Shown: positions 7,545 to 14,943, counted from the stretch's first letter. The stretch: 18,612 nt of DNA from a virus (IMGVR_UViG_2645727905_000004:1-18612), one strand, 5' to 3'. Program-made: numbers and translations. The notes: a model not told the origin generated them from the letters alone.

Positions 7545-8510
7545 TTACCCCCTGAACCCCGGCGGAATTTCGGTATCCGGCTCAGAAATATGATTCACAC
7601 AACGCTGTACAGACGAACGCCCCAGGCGGATAACCAGTTCATCCCATTTTTCGCGAAGCTTTGACGGACTCATGATATTTTTTACCCAGAATGGATCCCG
7701 CTGCACCCGACCAAACATTTCACAAATTTGTCTGTGAGTTCTGCCATCCAGCATCCGCATTGTGCGCACGTCGTTGGCCCATGCGGTCCAGTTGGGTTCT
7801 TTCGGTCGCGAAATCTCGCCATCATCGCTGGCGGCCTGCTCGTAAAGACTCACGATTCGCCCCCAGATCCACTGCGCACACGCCAAATCCTCCTGGTTGC
7901 CCCACTGGCGTTTTTTTGCACTGAACACAACCGCGTCAGGGTGTCGGGTTAAAAAATCCTGTTCAACCGTCTGCGGGTCCGGTTGCGAAGCTTCCGGACG
8001 AGAAGTGTTTTTATTCTCTGTAGTAATCTCTGTTGTATTCTCTGTAAGATCATCAGGCCATTTTGACCCGATGACATTGAGTCGTTTTGAACCAATGGAA
8101 CGTGCCATTTTGGCCTCTTCCATCGTGTCATTTTGACCTGATGGAGCAGCGCATTTTGATCTGATGGATTCGCTCACTTTGCCACCATCTAAAAGCTCGC
8201 TCTCGTAATTAATCGTGTAAAAATTAGTCATATCACGCTTTGATTTATTGAGCTTTTCGCAACGTAAAAGCCCCAGCGTTTTCAGACTTGCAAATGCGCG
8301 TTTTAACGTTGACTCTGACCAGAACGGGAACTGCTCCAGCCATTGTTCTGTTGTGTTATAAATCCAGCGAACACCATCACATTCCATGCCGGAACCGGTA
8401 TCTCTCAACCAGTAATGCAACTGCTGCAACACGATGGCTTCGTTCAGACCAATTTTCATCGCCAGCTGCGTGTTTATAACCAGCGGACGTTCAGCAAAAA
8501 GGAGCTTCAT
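7545..8510 (-). CDS. replication initiation protein (lambda O-like) with iterons inside the gene
   Basis: ATG at 8510 (the track uses TTG at 8534); N-terminal winged-helix-like region; the iteron array at 8057-8167 lies within the coding sequence and encodes an SIGSK-type repeat linker. Confidence 0.7.
   Translation of the reverse strand: MKLLFAERPLVINTQLAMKIGLNEAIVLQQLHYWLRDTGSGMECDGVRWIYNTTEQWLEQFPFWSESTLKRAFASLKTLGLLRCEKLNKSKRDMTNFYTINYESELLDGGKVSESIRSKCAAPSGQNDTMEEAKMARSIGSKRLNVIGSKWPDDLTENTTEITTENKNTSRPEASQPDPQTVEQDFLTRHPDAVVFSAKKRQWGNQEDLACAQWIWGRIVSLYEQAASDDGEISRPKEPNWTAWANDVRTMRMLDGRTHRQICEMFGRVQRDPFWVKNIMSPSKLREKWDELVIRLGRSSVQRCVNHISEPDTEIPPGFRG
8057..8250. repeat. candidate phage replication origin: five iterons at about 23-bp spacing plus adjacent AT-rich region
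   Basis: Copies of CATTTTGAYCYGATGG at 8057-8073, 8128-8144, 8151-8167 and degenerate copies near 8084-8098 and 8105-8115; AT-rich block 8190-8250. Confidence 0.6.
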
Positions 8511-8530
8511 CCCCCCCCCAGAACACGTTA

Positions 8531-8956
8531 TCAATGCGCCACCACGGCATTTCCCGCCGGACCACCACGATTCATCTGATCGAACAACACGATCGCTGCC
8601 GCAACAAACTCATCGATATCTTTCACCAGGCGCTCCCGTCGCTCGACAAGCTCCCGGTGATATTCCGAACTGTGGCTGCGCATTCGGGCCACCAGCGGAG
8701 GCGGCATTGCTTTTTCGATCGCCGGTAACAACGCCTGAATTTTTTTAACCGCATCAGGGGTGTTTTTTTCTACCCAGCGGAAAATTTTCTGGGTATTACG
8801 AGACAGGGCTTCCGGATGGCTGTCGTCGTACAATTCAGGAAACGTCATACCCAACTCAAAATAAGACTGGGTTATTTCAGCTGCCGGAACTTTTTCACCG
8901 TCCGAATGAGCCCAGGCATTCATCGCCATGCGGATGTGTTCATGCTTGATTTTCAT
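8531..8956 (-). CDS. YdaT-like (CII-like) prophage regulatory protein
   Basis: 141 aa beginning MKIKHEH, characteristic of the YdaT family as recalled; AGGAG SD 8 nt upstream; directly downstream of the Cro-like gene. Confidence 0.6.
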   Translation of the reverse strand: MKIKHEHIRMAMNAWAHSDGEKVPAAEITQSYFELGMTFPELYDDSHPEALSRNTQKIFRWVEKNTPDAVKKIQALLPAIEKAMPPPLVARMRSHSSEYHRELVERRERLVKDIDEFVAAAIVLFDQMNRGGPAGNAVVAH

Positions 8957-9221
8957 GAATCAAGCTCCTAGAAAGTGGTTGTGTTAACGTTTTGGTATCT
9001 TCCAGCTCGGGCCAAATATTCATCCAATCAAAAGGCCTTAGTTGCTGACGTGTAACTTCACCATTACTGGCTCGCTCAATAAGGACACATAACGATGCCC
9101 CTAACACTTGACCTTTACTCAATGCCTTTCTTAGATAACCGATGCTGGTACCACACTCGCATGCAAACATACGCTGTTCATCTGACGAAAGAGAATTGAG
9201 AAATATTCTTAATTCTTCCAT
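8940..9221 (-). CDS. YdaS-like Cro-type HTH regulator (first gene of the early-right operon)
   Basis: 93 aa; motif ERASNGEVTRQQLRP resembles the YdaS/Cro family; AAGGAG SD 5 nt upstream; divergent from the repressor gene. Confidence 0.6.
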   Translation of the reverse strand: MEELRIFLNSLSSDEQRMFACECGTSIGYLRKALSKGQVLGASLCVLIERASNGEVTRQQLRPFDWMNIWPELEDTKTLTQPLSRSLIHENQA

Positions 9222-9246
9222 AGCTACTCCTTAGTAAACACAGCAA

Positions 9247-9316
9247 AGAATACCCACAGGTAAACAAAAGTCAATACCCACAGGTTGTTTACCTTGCGGT
9301 AATCGCATCTATTATT
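9247..9316. promoter_or_regulatory. divergent promoter/operator region between the cro-like and repressor genes
   Basis: Operator-like TACCCACAGGTA at 9251-9262 and TACCCACAGGTT at 9275-9286; minus-strand promoter TTGACT-17-TATTCT overlapping them; plus-strand TTTACC-16-TATTAT ending 6 nt before the repressor ATG (leaderless-type). Confidence 0.6.
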
Positions 9317-9321
9317 TACCT

Positions 9322-9741
9322 ATGGACAAATATGAATTTAGACGACAGCAACTCATCAAAATTCGTGATGAGAAATGCGATGGTAAAGCGGTTAACGTGG
9401 CCAGAAAGATCGGGCGCGAGCCTTCTTATGTATCAAGAATGTTGTACCCAGAGGGGAAAAAGGGAAAAAAACGGATCGCTGATGATATGGTGGAGATTAT
9501 CGAAGAGTCCTTTGGGTTACCCCGGGGATGGATGGATGGTATCGTTTCATCATCAACGAACACAGCCTCCAGTTATGAAACAAGGGTTCTAACGCCACGA
9601 CAACGTATTTTTTTAGATCTCTTAGACGAACTGCCAGAAAGTGAAGCGGATAACTTATTAAAAACTCTTGAAGAGAAAAAACAGTATTACAATATGATCT
9701 ACGAAGAAATCCGTAAAAAGAAAGCACAAAACGCATCATAG
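9322..9741 (+). CDS. prophage repressor, XRE-family HTH, DicA-like
   Basis: 139 aa; HTH KAVNVARKIGREPSYVSRML; C-terminal segment LTPRQRIFLDLLDELPESEADNLL resembles the DicA C-terminal region as recalled; flanked by operator palindromes. Confidence 0.7.
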   Translation: MDKYEFRRQQLIKIRDEKCDGKAVNVARKIGREPSYVSRMLYPEGKKGKKRIADDMVEIIEESFGLPRGWMDGIVSSSTNTASSYETRVLTPRQRIFLDLLDELPESEADNLLKTLEEKKQYYNMIYEEIRKKKAQNAS

Positions 9742-9784
9742 CTCACCAAACAACTAGTCACCAGTTAAGACACCGCAAAAAAGT

Positions 9785-9821
9785 TACCCATGGGTATTTA
9801 CTTTTTAAATACCTATGGGTA
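9785..9821. promoter_or_regulatory. paired operators for the dicB-operon (early-left) promoter
   Basis: Perfect palindrome TACCCATGGGTA (9785-9796) and near-palindrome TACCTATGGGTA (9810-9821), same consensus as the sites at 9251-9286. Confidence 0.6.
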
Positions 9822-10007
9822 TCCTTCTTTTCATACCAACCCACCCCGCCCCACAGAACGCAGGGAAATACTTCGAGTTACCCGGCAGTGGTCAGGGGTT
9901 AAGTAGCCAGCCCGAGGCGTAAGAACATGACGGCAGGGTTCAACTTTAATAACTATGCAGCAGGTTTTTGTTCCGCTACCCCGGCGTTAAGGGGGAATGA
10001 GGTCAGC

Positions 10008-10163
10008 ATGGATACTATCGATCTTGGCAACAACGAATCTCTGGTGTACGGCGTGTTTCCAAACCAGGACGGCACGTTCACCGCAATGACGTATACCAAA
10101 AGCAAAACGTTTAAAACCGAATCTGGAGCGCGTCGCTGGCTGGAAAGAGATTCAGGTGGGTGA
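10008..10163 (+). CDS. ydfA: YdfA-like small protein (dicB operon)
   Basis: 51 aa MDTIDLGNNESLVYGVFPNQDGTFTAMTYTKSKTFKTESGARRWLERDSGG, matching Qin YdfA as recalled; an in-frame upstream ATG at 9927 would give 78 aa. Confidence 0.65.
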   Translation: MDTIDLGNNESLVYGVFPNQDGTFTAMTYTKSKTFKTESGARRWLERDSGG

Positions 10164-10164
10164 T

Positions 10165-10293
10165 ATGGATTTCGACACAATCATGGAAAAGGCTTACGAA
10201 GAATACTTCGAAGGCCTTGCCGAAGGCGAAGAAGCCCTCAGCTTCAGCGAATTTAAACAGGCGCTTTCCAGCCCGGCAAAATCTAACGGCTGA
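10165..10293 (+). CDS. ydfB: YdfB-like small acidic protein (dicB operon)
   Basis: 42 aa MDFDTIMEKAYEEYFEGLAEGEEALSFSEFKQALSSPAKSNG translated by hand; too short for the ORF track; starts 2 nt after the ydfA stop. Confidence 0.6.
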   Translation: MDFDTIMEKAYEEYFEGLAEGEEALSFSEFKQALSSPAKSNG

Positions 10294-10322
10294 TAAGCGA
10301 AGCAGCACCGCGAGGAATCAGT

Positions 10323-10541
10323 ATGCAGAAACGAGAACCCGTCATCATCGCGCCAGACTATACCGATGATGAACTTTATGAGTGGATGCACCAGAAAATT
10401 AAGGCTGCGCAGGACCTGAAATGGGCCAATGAAGCCAGGGCTAAGCAGGCTGAAAATCTGTCCGCTCTGGAGCAGGATATCACCAATCTGGAAAAAGCAG
10501 CGGCATTAAGCATTGCCAGAATGATTACATACCCACGTTAA
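10323..10541 (+). CDS. ydfC: YdfC-like protein (dicB operon)
   Basis: 72 aa; GAGGAA SD 5 nt upstream; position and length match Qin ydfC. Confidence 0.7.
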   Translation: MQKREPVIIAPDYTDDELYEWMHQKIKAAQDLKWANEARAKQAENLSALEQDITNLEKAAALSIARMITYPR

Positions 10542-10563
10542 TAGCTAACCAACGAGGCTAATA

Positions 10564-10971
10564 ATGGAATTTAAAGATTTACCAAAAGAAATCCAGACAA
10601 TTGCTGCAACGACTCTCGGTGATAGTCTGGTGAAAATTGACCCGGCATACACCAAAAAAGAAACCATCGATAATATGGTTCGTAATGTGCGCAATGCTTT
10701 TTCTGGGCTATATGGTTCTGATAATCAAAAGCAGGAAAGCGATGTTAATAAACGGGTAATTTCTGTTTGCGTGAATGGCCATGTTCTTTCATCAATCAAA
10801 ACAGAAACGGCGACAGTCTTCGATTGCCTTTGCATTGTACAGAGCCTTGTTGATGCCCTGTTTCGTTCAGTGAATTTAGAAAATGATGCAAATCTGCGAG
10901 GGCGCACAATAGCACATCCATATGCACATACTTTAGGCTCTGTGGATATCAAAGATCCCACAAATCTTTAA
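10564..10971 (+). CDS. hypothetical protein, inserted gene between ydfC and dicF
   Basis: 135 aa; GAGG SD 6 nt upstream; AT-richer than flanking operon genes; no family recognised; absent from the K-12 Qin arrangement as recalled. Confidence 0.55.
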   Translation: MEFKDLPKEIQTIAATTLGDSLVKIDPAYTKKETIDNMVRNVRNAFSGLYGSDNQKQESDVNKRVISVCVNGHVLSSIKTETATVFDCLCIVQSLVDALFRSVNLENDANLRGRTIAHPYAHTLGSVDIKDPTNL

Positions 10972-11182
10972 TGAAATAGTTAACGCGAATTGTACTTGCT
11001 CTTTCAGTTGCTTTCAGAATACGCGTTGAAACTGCTGGCGGTAATTTGGTATTCCATTTATTAAAATCATGCCCGGGAAAGTACTCTTCGAAAATACTTT
11101 TAACTGCAGACTCGCCTATTGAAATGCTGCTTACCATGCGATTTTGATAAAGGCATTTAGCAATAAGAGTTGATTTTAACAT
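10949..11182 (-). CDS. hypothetical small protein convergent with, and overlapping, the 135-aa ORF
   Basis: 77 aa; AGGAGG SD 4 nt upstream of the ATG at 11182; 3' end overlaps the 3' end of the plus-strand ORF by 23 bp. Confidence 0.45.
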   Translation of the reverse strand: MLKSTLIAKCLYQNRMVSSISIGESAVKSIFEEYFPGHDFNKWNTKLPPAVSTRILKATERASTIRVNYFIKDLWDL

Positions 11183-11505
11183 TCACCCTCCTGAGGGTTG
11201 GTAATTAAGGAGTTCTCCATGGGTGAAGTGGAGTGCGTGCGCCGGACACGGGTGAACATCCGGCACTGACAGTTTACTGAAAGGATATTTCTCTGAAAAG
11301 TCAGAGCATAACGCGAAAGCGCACGGCGAGGTTGCTGGTTCATAGATAGCCTGTCGTTAAATTTTCGTCGACCGTGCGCTTCCGGTTGTGGCACTCCGCG
11401 AAATGGCGCGGCGGTAAGTATGGCGGGGTTATTCCTTCCCCGTTGAGGACACCGGGTTGTCAGGTTGACCATACGCCTGAGTGACAACTCCGCTACAACA
11501 ACCCA

Positions 11506-11565
11506 TGTTGATTACCTTTTGGCGGGTATTCGTTTTGTTTTTCCCGTGATACCCGCCCCTTTTAA
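11506..11565 (+). ncRNA. dicF: DicF-like small RNA (variant) ending in an intrinsic terminator
   Basis: Sequence TTGATTACCTTTTGGCGGGTATTCGTTTTGTTTTTCCCGTGATACCCGCCCCTTTT resembles DicF as recalled (GGCGG..GTTTT..CCGTGA..CCGCCC + U-run); sits between ydfC and dicB as in Qin; boundaries approximate. Confidence 0.5.
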
Positions 11566-11740
11566 AGTGAATTTTGTGATGCGGTGAATGCGGCTCAGCG
11601 CACGCGGAACAGTTAAAACAAGCGGTCTTTTACTTGCGTAACAGACATCAACTAACAATCCGGCGTTAATGGTTTACTGGTTAACGTCACCTGGAGGCAC
11701 CAGGCGCCGCATCACAAAATTCATTGTTGAGGACGCGATA

Positions 11741-11929
11741 ATGGAAACGTTATTACCAAACGTTAATACGTCTGAAGGTTGTTTTGAAATTGGTGTCACT
11801 ATCAGTAACCCAGTATTTACTGAAGATGCCATTAACAAGAGAAAACAAGAACGGGAGCTATTAAATAAAATATGCATTGTTTCAATGCTGGCCCGTTTAC
11901 GCCTGATGCAAAAAGGATGCTGGCAATGA
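11741..11929 (+). CDS. dicB: cell division inhibitor DicB
   Basis: 62 aa METLLPNVNTSEGCFEIGVTISNPVFTEDAINKRKQERELLNKICIVSMLARLRLMQKGCWQ, near-identical to K-12 DicB as recalled; the longer track ORF starts upstream in frame. Confidence 0.85.
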   Translation: METLLPNVNTSEGCFEIGVTISNPVFTEDAINKRKQERELLNKICIVSMLARLRLMQKGCWQ

Positions 11930-12129
11930 ATACTACATTTGCACTTGTTCTGACGGTTTTTCTTGTTTCCGGTGAACCGGTTGACATGGTTACTGGCGTA
12001 TACGGCTCAATGAAAGAATGCATGGTTGCCGCAGCGGAACAGAAAATTCCCGGTAACTGTTATCCGGTCGATAAAGTTATTCACATGGATAATAACGAAA
12101 TCCCGGCAGGACTTAAAACAGCACCGTAA
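11926..12129 (+). CDS. ydfD: YdfD-like small membrane/lysis protein
   Basis: 67 aa MNTTFALVLTVFLVSGEPVD...; start overlaps the dicB stop (ATGA); hydrophobic N-terminus. Confidence 0.65.
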   Translation: MNTTFALVLTVFLVSGEPVDMVTGVYGSMKECMVAAAEQKIPGNCYPVDKVIHMDNNEIPAGLKTAP

Positions 12130-12209
12130 TTAATATCCGGTTTCATTTTTATATGCCAGCAATGGCAGGGATTTGTTCACCCTTAAATCTGTAATGAGGT
12201 TAAAACAAA

Positions 12210-14681
12210 ATGAGTAAAGTCTTTATTTGCGCCGCCATTCCGGACGAACAGGCAATAAAGGAAGAAGGTGCAGTCGCTGTAGCCACTGCCATTGAAGCTG
12301 GCGACGAACGCCGTGCTCGAGCAAAATTTCACTGGCAGTTCCTGGAACATTATCCGGCTGCTCAGGACTGCGCTTATAAATTTATTGTCTGCGAGGATAA
12401 ACCTGGCATACCCCGCCCTGCCCTCGATTCATGGGATGCTGAATATATGCAGGAAAACCGCTGGGATGAGGCGTCTGCTTCCTTTGTCCCGGTTGAGACT
12501 GAATCAGATCCGATGAACGTCACTTTTGACAAGCTGGCCCCTGAAGTACAGAACGCTGTCATGGTTAAGTTCGACACATGTGAAAACATCACCGTTGATA
12601 TGGTTATTAGCGCACAGGAATTGTTGCAGGAAGACATGGCAACATTCGACGGACATATCGTTGAAGCGTTGATGAAAATGCCAGAAGTTAACGCCATGTA
12701 TCCGGAGCTTAAGCTGCATGCCATCGGGTGGGTTAAGCATAAATGTAAGCCTGGTGCCAAATGGCCCGAAATTCAGGCAGAAATGCGCATCTGGAAAAAA
12801 CGTCGCGAAGGTGAACGCAAGGAAACCGGAAAATACACGTCTGTTGTTGATCTCGCCCGCGCCAGAGTCAATCAACAGCACACTGAAAATTCAACAGGAA
12901 AAATCAGCCTGGTCATTGCTGCCATTCATCGCGAATACAAGCAGACATGGAAAACACTGGATGACGAACTGGCCTACGCTCTCTGGCCTGGTGATGTGGA
13001 TGCCGGAAACATTGACGGCAGCATCCATCGCTGGGCAAAAAATGAAGTTATCGACAACTACCGCGAAGACTGGAAGCGTATCTCGGCATCAATGCGCAAA
13101 CAGCCTGATGCCCTTCGCTACGACCGCCAGACTATTTTTGGCCTTGTCCGTGAACGTCCGATCGACATTCACAAAGCCCCTGTGGCACTGAACAAATACA
13201 TTACTGAATACCTGACTACAAAGGGCGTGTTTGAAGATGAAGGAACAAATCAGAGCGCAACTGATACTCTCTCGTCGCCAGTACCAGAAACTGATGCAGT
13301 GGAAACGGCAATTCCGGACAACGAAAAAACCGAATGCAAAGTGGAAGTCGAACCATCTGTAGAGCGTGAGGGGCCGTTCTACTTCCTCTTCACCGACAAG
13401 GATGGCGAAAAATACGGTCGCGCAAACAAACTTTCTGGTCTGGATAAGGCACTGGCTGCCGGGGCTACTGAAATCACGAAAGAAGAATATTTCGCCCGCA
13501 AAAACGGTACATACTCAGGTTCACAACAAAATACTGGTGCATCTGACACGACCGCACAACCAGAGCCGGTAAAAGTTACCGCTGACGAAGTAAACAAAAT
13601 TATGCAGGCAGCCAATATCAGCCAGCCTGACGCCGATAAGTTGCTTGCTGCCTCTCGCGGAGAATTTGTTGCAGGGATTAGCGACCCGAATGATCCGAAA
13701 TGGGTTAAGGGGATCCAGACCCGCGATTCTGTAAACCAGAACCAGCATGAATCGGAACGGAACTACCAAAAAGCGGAACAAAACAGCCCAAATGCGTTAC
13801 AAAACGAGCCAGAAACGAAACAGCCTGAACCAGTGGCGCAACAGGAAGTGGAAAAAGTCTGCACCGCCTGCGGTCAGACCGGCGGCGGCAACTGCCCTGA
13901 TTGTGGCGCGGTGATGGGCGACGCAACATACCAGGAAACATTCGATGAAGAGTATCAGGTTGAAGTTCAGGAAGATGATCCGGAGAAAATGGAAGGCGCT
14001 GAACATCCACACAAGGAGAACACTGGCGGCAATCAGCATCATGCCAGCGATAATGAAACTGGCGAGACGGCAGATCACTCAATTAAGGTGAACGGTCATC
14101 AAGAAATCACATCCACCAGCAGGACGTGTGACCATCTAATGATCGACCTTGAAACCATGGGAAAAAATCCTGATGCCCCGATCATCTCAATAGGTGCAAT
14201 ATTTTTCGATCCGCAAACCGGAGATATGGGACCGGAATTTAGTAAGACTATCGATCTGGAAACTGCTGGCGGAGTCATTGATCGGGACACCATTAAATGG
14301 TGGCTTAAGCAATCACGCGAAGCGCAATCTGCCATTATGACCGATGAAATCCAGTTAGATGATGCACTGTTACAATTGCGGGAATTTATCGACGAAAACT
14401 CCGGTGAATTTTTTGTTCAGGTCTGGGGAAATGGAGCCAACTTCGACAACACGATTTTGCGCCGTTCATACGAACGGCAGGGGATCCCCTGCCCGTGGCG
14501 TTACTACAACGATCGCGATGTACGCACAATCGGTGAGCTGGGGAAAGCCATAGACTTCGATGCCAGAACGGCTATTCCATTCGAAGGTGAGCGCCATAAT
14601 GCACTTGATGACGCCCGTTACCAGGCAAAATACGTTTCAGTTATCTGGCAAAAACTGATCCCGAGTCAGGCTGATTTTTAA
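12210..14681 (+). CDS. large prophage exonuclease (exodeoxyribonuclease VIII / RecE-annotated type) with C-terminal DEDDh 3'-5' exonuclease domain and internal zinc ribbon
   Basis: 823 aa; C-terminal motifs MIDLETMG, WGNGANFDN, HNALDDARY typical of DnaQ-like DEDDh exonucleases; CTACGQTGGGNCPDCG zinc ribbon; acidic low-complexity linkers; position matches Qin ydfE. Confidence 0.7.
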   Translation: MSKVFICAAIPDEQAIKEEGAVAVATAIEAGDERRARAKFHWQFLEHYPAAQDCAYKFIVCEDKPGIPRPALDSWDAEYMQENRWDEASASFVPVETESDPMNVTFDKLAPEVQNAVMVKFDTCENITVDMVISAQELLQEDMATFDGHIVEALMKMPEVNAMYPELKLHAIGWVKHKCKPGAKWPEIQAEMRIWKKRREGERKETGKYTSVVDLARARVNQQHTENSTGKISLVIAAIHREYKQTWKTLDDELAYALWPGDVDAGNIDGSIHRWAKNEVIDNYREDWKRISASMRKQPDALRYDRQTIFGLVRERPIDIHKAPVALNKYITEYLTTKGVFEDEGTNQSATDTLSSPVPETDAVETAIPDNEKTECKVEVEPSVEREGPFYFLFTDKDGEKYGRANKLSGLDKALAAGATEITKEEYFARKNGTYSGSQQNTGASDTTAQPEPVKVTADEVNKIMQAANISQPDADKLLAASRGEFVAGISDPNDPKWVKGIQTRDSVNQNQHESERNYQKAEQNSPNALQNEPETKQPEPVAQQEVEKVCTACGQTGGGNCPDCGAVMGDATYQETFDEEYQVEVQEDDPEKMEGAEHPHKENTGGNQHHASDNETGETADHSIKVNGHQEITSTSRTCDHLMIDLETMGKNPDAPIISIGAIFFDPQTGDMGPEFSKTIDLETAGGVIDRDTIKWWLKQSREAQSAIMTDEIQLDDALLQLREFIDENSGEFFVQVWGNGANFDNTILRRSYERQGIPCPWRYYNDRDVRTIGELGKAIDFDARTAIPFEGERHNALDDARYQAKYVSVIWQKLIPSQADF

Positions 14682-14739
14682 TGTTCAACCCTAATTGCCG
14701 CTAACCGTATATAGTTAGCGGCGGTTATGAGATATAGCT

Positions 14740-14943
14740 ATGAGCAACTTATTTTTAACCGAAGATGAATTGCTAATATTAACGGGCTGCAAATATGCAA
14801 GCCACCAGCGAAAATGGTTAACGGAAAACGGGCTTCCGTTCTATACCAATCGTAGTGGCAAACCGATTGTCAGCCGGGATCTATTTACCTGCAATAAAAC
14901 TTTACCACCACGCGAGGTAGAGCCGAATTTTGGTGCAATCTAA
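14740..14943 (+). CDS. excisionase-like small DNA-binding protein
   Basis: 67 aa directly upstream of int with overlapping stop/start (TAATG). Confidence 0.55.
   Translation: MSNLFLTEDELLILTGCKYASHQRKWLTENGLPFYTNRSGKPIVSRDLFTCNKTLPPREVEPNFGAI

Noticed and set aside
7167-8136. Plus-strand ORFs (165, 87, 77, 74, 79 aa) and a 60-aa minus-strand ORF within the replication genes
   Set aside because: Overlap the DnaC-like and O-like coding sequences; no independent support.
8288-8748. Plus-strand ORFs (63, 78, 104, 64 aa) antisense to the O-like N-terminus and ydaT-like gene
   Set aside because: Antisense, Pro/Arg-rich, no SD; the minus-strand genes have good SDs and family motifs.
9332-9739. 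86-aa plus ORF and 80-aa minus ORF overlapping the repressor gene
   Set aside because: Alternative frames of the DicA-like repressor coding sequence.
9953-10391. Minus-strand ORFs (75, 65, 65 aa) and the 69-aa plus ORF at 10160-10369
   Set aside because: The plus ORF is out of frame with the hand-translated YdfB peptide and is strongly basic and low-complexity; the minus ORFs are antisense to ydfA/ydfB/ydfC.
10725-10961. 78-aa minus ORF antisense within the 135-aa gene
   Set aside because: Fully embedded antisense with no SD; the 77-aa ORF at 10949-11182 was kept instead because of its strong SD.
11176-11487. 103-aa minus-strand ORF across the structured region
   Set aside because: Arg-rich (RRMVNLTTRCPQRGRNN...), no SD, overlaps a region whose base-pairing pattern suggests RNA structure; considered non-coding.
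11674-12023. Minus-strand ORFs (67 and 63 aa) antisense to dicB and ydfD
   Set aside because: Antisense to two well-supported small genes.
12292-14553. About ten ORFs of 64-157 aa on both strands inside the 823-aa exonuclease gene
   Set aside because: All embedded in a single long ORF with clear exonuclease motifs; low-complexity translations.
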